Of a stretch of 42,961 nt of DNA, positions 38,496 through 42,961 are shown in pieces (positions within the stretch are counted from its first letter, which is position 1; each line of letters begins with the position of its first letter). The DNA comes from an uncultured Candidatus Saccharibacteria bacterium. GTDB lineage: Bacteria > Patescibacteriota > Minisyncoccia > Phycocordibacterales > UBA9973. Position numbers and translations under genes: made by a program. The notes below the pieces were generated by a model. It did not search any database and was not told the DNA's origin. It saw nothing but the letters and a program-made list of their open reading frames with translations. The stretch is taken from contig CAZPJV010000001.1 in NCBI GenBank assembly GCA_964586975.1, forward strand, positions 36,372 to 79,332, in the 5' to 3' direction.

Positions 38496-38732
38496 TCATA
38501 TTCTGCTCTTTAAAAATCTTCTACCGTATCCTGTTTTAAAGTATCTTTCTCTCTTTATAGCATTTTCCTTACTCGTACACGCTTCATAGTACACTAATTT
38601 TAGAGGTCTTCTATTTTTAGTAGCGGCTACTTTACCTCTATTATGATCCAATATACGTAACTTTAGATTATTAGTCCAGCCTATATACAATTTATAATCT
38701 ATATTGCTTTGTAGAACATAAGTGTAGTTCAT
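38496..38732 (-). CDS. Small GIY-YIG nuclease-domain protein (COG2827/UPF0213-like), copy 2
   Basis: MNYTYVLQS..KLYIGWTNNLKLRILDHN..RERYFK, a paralogue of the 35511-35777 product. The stop lies 1 nt before the tRNA-Thr 5' end, and the start lies 10 nt after the 54-bp repeat. Confidence 0.7.
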   Translation of the reverse strand: MNYTYVLQSNIDYKLYIGWTNNLKLRILDHNRGKVAATKNRRPLKLVYYEACTSKENAIKRERYFKTGYGRRFLKSRI

Positions 38733-38741
38733 ATTATAATT

Positions 38742-38795
38742 TTGCTCCCCGCCCGCAACGCTCTCGCTTGCGAGGCGGGCGGGTACCAACTGAGC
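38742..38795. repeat. 54-bp direct repeat, right copy
   Basis: Identical to 38371-38424. Confidence 0.9.
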
Positions 38796-38804
38796 TATTC
38801 CGGC
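38742..38804 (-). pseudogene. tRNA 5' portion: acceptor 5' strand GCCGGAA, D-arm with the same 36-nt hairpin insert
   Basis: The minus strand reads GCCGGAATAGCTCAGTTGGTA[36-nt hairpin]GAGCAA. GCCGGAA is exactly complementary to TTCCGGC at 38326-38332. Confidence 0.55.
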
Positions 38805-38823
38805 ATTGATTTTTGGTATTTTA

Positions 38824-39246
38824 TCACACTTGAGAATTTGTTTCTTCTTCTTTGATTTCTTCTTTAATCCGGCCGAGCTTGCGTTTGTATTCGGCGATTG
38901 CTTTTAGGAACTTACTCGGCTGTTTAACCGAGGGTTCCGATGCCAGCCCGGCTGTTTTCTGGAATTTGGCTTTTAGTTCCGCCCAGCATTTTTTACATGC
39001 CTCCGCAAGCCGGACATAGATTCGGATAATTTCCATCAAAAGAAAATAGCCCAGCCTTCTGGTTATTTTAAAAATAAACTCCTTGGTTTTCTCAAAGCGG
39101 AACGAGGGCGAAGAAACATGTTCCACCGGGAGAGTTTGCCCGTTGGCCAGCGCCCGCAACTTGCGGCCGACCATAAAAATGATTCCGAACAGCGAGGCAA
39201 AAAATAAAATTAGAAAAAAATACATCTTATTTTTGCGGAAGTTCAA
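38824..39246 (-). CDS. Hypothetical membrane protein
   Basis: N-terminal TM (YFFLILFFASLFGIIFMV) and a charged C-terminus. An alternative start at 39225 would remove the overlap with tsf. Confidence 0.4.
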   Translation of the reverse strand: MNFRKNKMYFFLILFFASLFGIIFMVGRKLRALANGQTLPVEHVSSPSFRFEKTKEFIFKITRRLGYFLLMEIIRIYVRLAEACKKCWAELKAKFQKTAGLASEPSVKQPSKFLKAIAEYKRKLGRIKEEIKEEETNSQV

Positions 39247-39694
39247 AACGAGCCAAGCGCCCGATTTTTATCCGTTCCCCCGTTTTTTGGATGACTTCTT
39301 CAATCAGCTGGGCGACCGTGGCTTCGGGATTCTTAATGGAAGGCTCTGACAACAGAGTTGCTTCATCCGCCGGCGCGGTGGCGGCCACCTGCAGGGCAAT
39401 TTCCTTGGCCAAGGTTCTGAAAATTTTGTTTTTGGCGACGAAATCGGTTTCGCACTGCAATTCAATCATCGCGCCGATTCTGCCTTCGCCGTGAACGTAA
39501 GCCTCAATATAACCCGACCCCAAAACCCGGTCGGCTTTTTTCCGCGCCAATTCCGAGCCGGTTTTTTTCAAAATCGCCAGCGCTTTTGCTTGGTCGCCGC
39601 CCGCCGCCTCCAGGGCTTGGCGGCACTGCATCACGGAGATGCCAGTGCTATCTCTGAGCTCCTTGACCTGTTTCGTTGTGATTGGTATTGACAT
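39227..39694 (-). CDS. tsf: Elongation factor Ts, minimal 155-aa form
   Basis: UBA-like N-terminus KELRDSTGISVMQCRQALEAAGGDQAKALAILKK, followed by GRIGAMIELQCETDFVAKN. Confidence 0.85.
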   Translation of the reverse strand: MSIPITTKQVKELRDSTGISVMQCRQALEAAGGDQAKALAILKKTGSELARKKADRVLGSGYIEAYVHGEGRIGAMIELQCETDFVAKNKIFRTLAKEIALQVAATAPADEATLLSEPSIKNPEATVAQLIEEVIQKTGERIKIGRLARFELPQK

Positions 39695-40391
39695 TTTTTT
39701 TAAACGCTTCGGCTACGGCTTGGGTAAAAAATTTAATGGAGGGAATGCCGGCGTCGTTGGCGATAATGGGACATTCTATTTTCTTGATGTTGGTGTCGGA
39801 ATTTACCAAGGCCATGACCGGCACGCCGGACTTGCTCGCCTCCGTGGCCGCGATGTGCTCCGCCCGCGCGTCCACAATGAACAGCGCGTCCGGAATTTTT
39901 TTCAGTCCCAGCAGGCCGGTGTAAAAGCGGGCGAGCTTTTCCATTTTTTTGGCTAAAACCACCCGCTCCTTCTTGGTGTATTTATCCAATCCGCCCTGCG
40001 CGCTCTCTTTATGGTAATTTTCCAGCTCGGCGATGCGTTTTTTTATTTCCGAAAAGTTGGAAAGCGTGCCGCCGATCCAGCGTTCCGTCACATACGGCAT
40101 CCCCAAGGATTCCGCCGCCGCCTTGACAGCCTGCTTGGCTTCCGGCTTGCTGCCCACGAAAAGCAGAACCTTGCCTTTACTGCCGAGCTCGCCTGCGTAT
40201 TTTTTCGCCTCCTCCAGCTGGGCGCTCGTCTTTTCCAAGTTAATTATGTCGCTCTTATTTTTGGTTGCGTAGATATATGGCGAAACCGAGGGATGCCGGC
40301 GGGTCTTGGAATAGCCATAATGCGCCCCCGCCTGAAACATCTGCTCCACCGCCGAATCGTCGCTTATCTTTGCGCTTTTTGCTTTGAGCAT
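39648..40391 (-). CDS. rpsB: 30S ribosomal protein S2
   Basis: Start chosen at MLKAKS. Motifs present: MFQAGAHYGYSKTRRHP, LFVGSKPEA, YVTERWIGGTLSNF and DALFIVD. The 3' end overlaps tsf by 47 nt. Confidence 0.92.
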   Translation of the reverse strand: MLKAKSAKISDDSAVEQMFQAGAHYGYSKTRRHPSVSPYIYATKNKSDIINLEKTSAQLEEAKKYAGELGSKGKVLLFVGSKPEAKQAVKAAAESLGMPYVTERWIGGTLSNFSEIKKRIAELENYHKESAQGGLDKYTKKERVVLAKKMEKLARFYTGLLGLKKIPDALFIVDARAEHIAATEASKSGVPVMALVNSDTNIKKIECPIIANDAGIPSIKFFTQAVAEAFKKNVNTNHNETGQGAQR

Positions 40392-40441
40392 ACTCCCCAA
40401 TCTAGCAGAAATGTTCGCTTTTTGCAAATTTTTTTTCCGCT

Positions 40442-40470
40442 TTGACCAAAAGGATTTTTTCGGGTAAGAT
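40442..40470 (+). promoter_or_regulatory. Putative promoter for proS: TTGACC-17 nt-TAAGAT, 6 nt before the ATG
   Basis: The spacing places the expected TSS at or next to the A of ATG 40477. Confidence 0.5.
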
Positions 40471-40476
40471 GGCTGT

Positions 40477-41742
40477 ATGCATACCAGCGTCAGGCAATCC
40501 GAGCTTTTTACCAGGACCCAAAAAGAGGCACCGACGGACGAAATTTCCAAGAACGCCGAGCTCCTCATCCGCGGTGGATTTATCCACAAGGAAATGGCCG
40601 GCGTTTATTCCTATCTGCCGCTCGGACTGAAAGTCTTGCGAAAAATTGAAGACATTGTGCGCGAGGAAATGAATCAAGCGGGCGGGCAGGAAATATTGAT
40701 GTCCGCCCTGCAACCGAAAGAAAATTGGGAAAAGACCGGTCGCTGGAACGACTTGGAGGTGCTGTATAAAGTCGCCGACTCCGCGGGGCGGGAAGTGGCG
40801 CTCGGCCCGACCCACGAAGAAATCATAGTGCCGATTTTGAAAAATTACATTACTTCTTACAAGGACCTGCCGCTGGCGGTTTATCAGATTCAGGACAAAT
40901 TCCGAATGGAGCTCCGTCCCAAATCGGGAATCCTGCGGGGCCGGGAATTTATGATGAAAGATATGTATTCTTTCCACACTACCCAGCGAGACCTTGAGGA
41001 ATTTTATGAAAAAATGAAGGGTGTTTACCAATCTGTGTTTGAGCGAGTCGGCATCGGGCATCTGACTTACCTGACTTTTGCCTCCGGCGGGACCTTTGCT
41101 AAATATTCCCACGAATTCCAAACCCTGGCTCCGGCCGGCGAAGACACTATATATGTGGATGAAGCCAAGGGCCTGGCGGTCAACAAAGAAGTTTTGAACG
41201 ATGAGATTCTGGCGTCCCTGCAATTAAACAAAGAAAAGTTAGGGGAGCATCGGGCGATTGAAGTCGGCAACATTTTTGACTTAAAAACGAAATATTCCGC
41301 GCCCTTTGACTTGGCTTTTACCGACGAGAAGGGTAACCAGCACCCCGTGCTGATGGGTTGCTACGGCCTCGGTATCGGGCGGCTGATGGGCGCGGTGGTG
41401 GAAGCGCTCTCGGACGATAAGGGCATCATCTGGCCGGAAGCCATCGCGCCGTTTAGGGTGCACCTGCTGGCCCTCGGTAAAGAGAAGGCGGTCATGCTGG
41501 CGGCTGAAAAAGCCTACACCACTTTATCTCAAGCGGGAGTGGAAGTTTTGTTTGACGACCGCGCCGAGGTCTCCGCCGGCGAAAAATTCGCAGATGCTGA
41601 CTTGCTGGGCATACCTTGGCGGGCGGTGGTGTCCGAGCGAAGCGTCAAAGAGGGCGGTCTGGAATTGAAAAAGCGCACGGAAGCAAAAGGCCGAATTGTT
41701 TCATTGGATGAGTTATTAAATTTGCTAAAGCCTAGCGCCTAG
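40477..41742 (+). CDS. proS: Prolyl-tRNA synthetase, short bacterial-type form without the INS editing domain
   Basis: LIRGGFIHKEMAGVYSYLPLGLKVLRKIE, YQIQDKFRMELRPKSGILRGREFMMKDMYSF, GCYGLGIGRL and a C-terminal anticodon-binding domain. Confidence 0.93.
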   Translation: MHTSVRQSELFTRTQKEAPTDEISKNAELLIRGGFIHKEMAGVYSYLPLGLKVLRKIEDIVREEMNQAGGQEILMSALQPKENWEKTGRWNDLEVLYKVADSAGREVALGPTHEEIIVPILKNYITSYKDLPLAVYQIQDKFRMELRPKSGILRGREFMMKDMYSFHTTQRDLEEFYEKMKGVYQSVFERVGIGHLTYLTFASGGTFAKYSHEFQTLAPAGEDTIYVDEAKGLAVNKEVLNDEILASLQLNKEKLGEHRAIEVGNIFDLKTKYSAPFDLAFTDEKGNQHPVLMGCYGLGIGRLMGAVVEALSDDKGIIWPEAIAPFRVHLLALGKEKAVMLAAEKAYTTLSQAGVEVLFDDRAEVSAGEKFADADLLGIPWRAVVSERSVKEGGLELKKRTEAKGRIVSLDELLNLLKPSA

Positions 41743-41762
41743 TTGCCTAGTGCCTATTTAAA

Positions 41763-42809
41763 ATGCTAGAAAAATTTTACAAATTAATTTCCAACGACAT
41801 CGGCATTGACCTGGGCACTTCCAACACCCTGGTGTATCTCAAAGGGCACGGCATTGTCCTTAACGAACCTTCCGTGGTCGCGGTCAATATTAAGACCAGT
41901 CAGATTCTGGCGGTGGGCGCCAAAGCCAAAGAAATGCTCGGGCGCACCCCGGGACATATCAAGGCGGTGCGGCCGCTGGTGGACGGAGTCATTTCCGATT
42001 TTGAGGTAACCGAGGAAATGCTGTCTTATCTCATTAATCAAGCGGATAAAATTTCCCCGAAATTCGCGCGCCCGCGGGTGCTCATCGGCGTGCCGACCGG
42101 CACGACCAACGTGGAAACCCGCGCGGTCTATGACGCGGCGCGCAGCGCCGGCGGGCGGGAAGTGCATCTGGTGGAGGAGCCGATGGCAGCGGCCATCGGC
42201 ATCCGCCTGCCCATCCGCGACCCGGTAGGCACGATGATAATTGATGTCGGCGGCGGCACCACGGACATCGCGGTCATTTCGCTGGGCGGCATCGTCAAAT
42301 CCAAAAATTTGAAAATTGCCGGCGACCGCCTGAACAACGACATAATTTCTTATATGCGCGACGAATTTAAAATTCTCATCGGCGAGCGAACGGCGGAAAT
42401 GGTAAAAATAGAAATTGGTTCCGCCATTCCCGGCAACTATATGGAGACGGAAGTCCACGGCCGCGACCTTTTGACCGGCCTGCCGCGGGAAGTGGTGGTG
42501 ACGGACTCGGACATTCGCGAGGCGCTCGCGGCTTCGGTGCGCGGGTTAGTGGACGGAGTCAAGGACATGCTGGAATCCACCCCGCCAGAAATTTTGTCCG
42601 ACATCATGCACCGGGGCATCACCCTGACCGGCGGCGGCGCGCTTCTGCCTGGGCTGTCCGAGCTTCTGCAGAACGCGCTTAAAATTTCGGTCTACGTGGT
42701 GGAAGACCCGTTGTCGGCGGTAGCGCGCGGCACCGGAGTGATTTTAGACGATTTGCCGTTCTATCAGGATGTTTTGATTGGGCACCAAGATGAGCTACCT
42801 CCGAGATAA
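41763..42809 (+). CDS. mreB: Rod-shape-determining protein MreB
   Basis: IGIDLGTSNTLVY, actin-fold phosphate motifs DVGGGTTDIAV and GITLTGGGALL. Confidence 0.95.
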   Translation: MLEKFYKLISNDIGIDLGTSNTLVYLKGHGIVLNEPSVVAVNIKTSQILAVGAKAKEMLGRTPGHIKAVRPLVDGVISDFEVTEEMLSYLINQADKISPKFARPRVLIGVPTGTTNVETRAVYDAARSAGGREVHLVEEPMAAAIGIRLPIRDPVGTMIIDVGGGTTDIAVISLGGIVKSKNLKIAGDRLNNDIISYMRDEFKILIGERTAEMVKIEIGSAIPGNYMETEVHGRDLLTGLPREVVVTDSDIREALAASVRGLVDGVKDMLESTPPEILSDIMHRGITLTGGGALLPGLSELLQNALKISVYVVEDPLSAVARGTGVILDDLPFYQDVLIGHQDELPPR

Positions 42810-42961
42810 GAAAATCAAAAGAGAAAAAATTCTGAAACTTGCGGGCGGCGTGTTCCTTTTGCTGATTTTATTTTATTTCCGGGCTGGCCTTTGGCGCGGG
42901 CTTTCTTTCGCCGCCCAGGGACTTTTTCGCCCCATTTTGCTTGTCGGCAACCGCGCGGGCG
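42790..42961 (+). CDS. mreC: Probable MreC, 5' fragment (runs off the window)
   Basis: Hand-translated as MSYLRDKKIKREKILKLAGGVFLLLILFYF.., open to the window end. It has a basic N-terminus plus a TM and lies directly after mreB. Confidence 0.45.
   Translation, partial: MSYLRDKKIKREKILKLAGGVFLLLILFYFRAGLWRGLSFAAQGLFRPILLVGNRAG

Noticed and set aside
38371-38589. A 72-aa plus-strand ORF (MLPARNALACEAGG..).
   Set aside because: It is simply a translation through the antisense of the tRNA sequences and the GC hairpin.
40392-40589. The N-terminal 66-codon extension of the rpsB ORF, and similar 5' extensions at 13268-13309, 25523-25648, 33345-33407, 35427-35510, 36571-36624 and 38733-38789.
   Set aside because: The extensions overlap neighbouring genes or repeat and promoter elements and lack homology. 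Internal starts give canonical N-termini or signal peptides.
40402-42458. The 273-aa and 224-aa minus-strand ORFs opposite proS and mreB.
   Set aside because: They are shadow ORFs of highly conserved genes and contain no recognisable domains.

Overview
This 42.9-kb window is a bacterial chromosomal segment read with the standard genetic code. TGA terminates several ORFs and rpoB/rpoC contain no in-frame stops. Housekeeping genes dominate: gyrB (3' part), thrS, rpmF, a nusB-Nudix fusion, rnc, smc, a DD-carboxypeptidase/CapA fusion, rnr, rpsP, a KH protein, trmD, rpoB, rpoC, dnaG, rpoD, tsf, rpsB, proS, mreB and the start of mreC. Several of these proteins are short or lack accessory domains (ThrRS without TGS, 155-aa EF-Ts, 421-aa ProRS, 709-aa SMC). 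Together with the fusions, this suggests a reduced-genome, CPR/Patescibacteria-like organism, which is an inference only. Two accessory regions stand out. Region 1 (about 24.8-38.3 kb) is an envelope/surface locus. It encodes a DsbA-like protein, a Cys-tailed DUF378 protein, a processive GT2 synthase, a membrane Trx-fold CxxC protein and a beta-lactamase-like serine hydrolase. It also encodes a tail-fibre-like G/T/S-rich protein, two paralogous secreted beta-sandwich subunits, a DUF916/DUF3324-like anchor protein, a dockerin protein and two cohesin-like membrane proteins. Region 2 (38.3-38.8 kb) is a tRNA-Thr locus in which one tRNA-Thr gene is split by a 371-bp unit bounded by 54-bp direct repeats. 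That unit carries a small GIY-YIG ORF and a second, canonical tRNA-Thr. Other observations run through the whole window. GC-rich REP-like hairpin modules bracket small cassettes (DUF559, PemK-like), and similar GC-rich palindromes sit in frame inside trmD and rnr. A duplicated palindromic promoter box brackets a wHTH gene. An extended -10 motif (TATGCTAnnnT) recurs 6-8 nt upstream of start codons, which suggests widespread leaderless mRNAs. The SMC has a Rad50-like CxxC motif where a hinge would be expected. I found no rRNA, CRISPR array, transposase or integrase.
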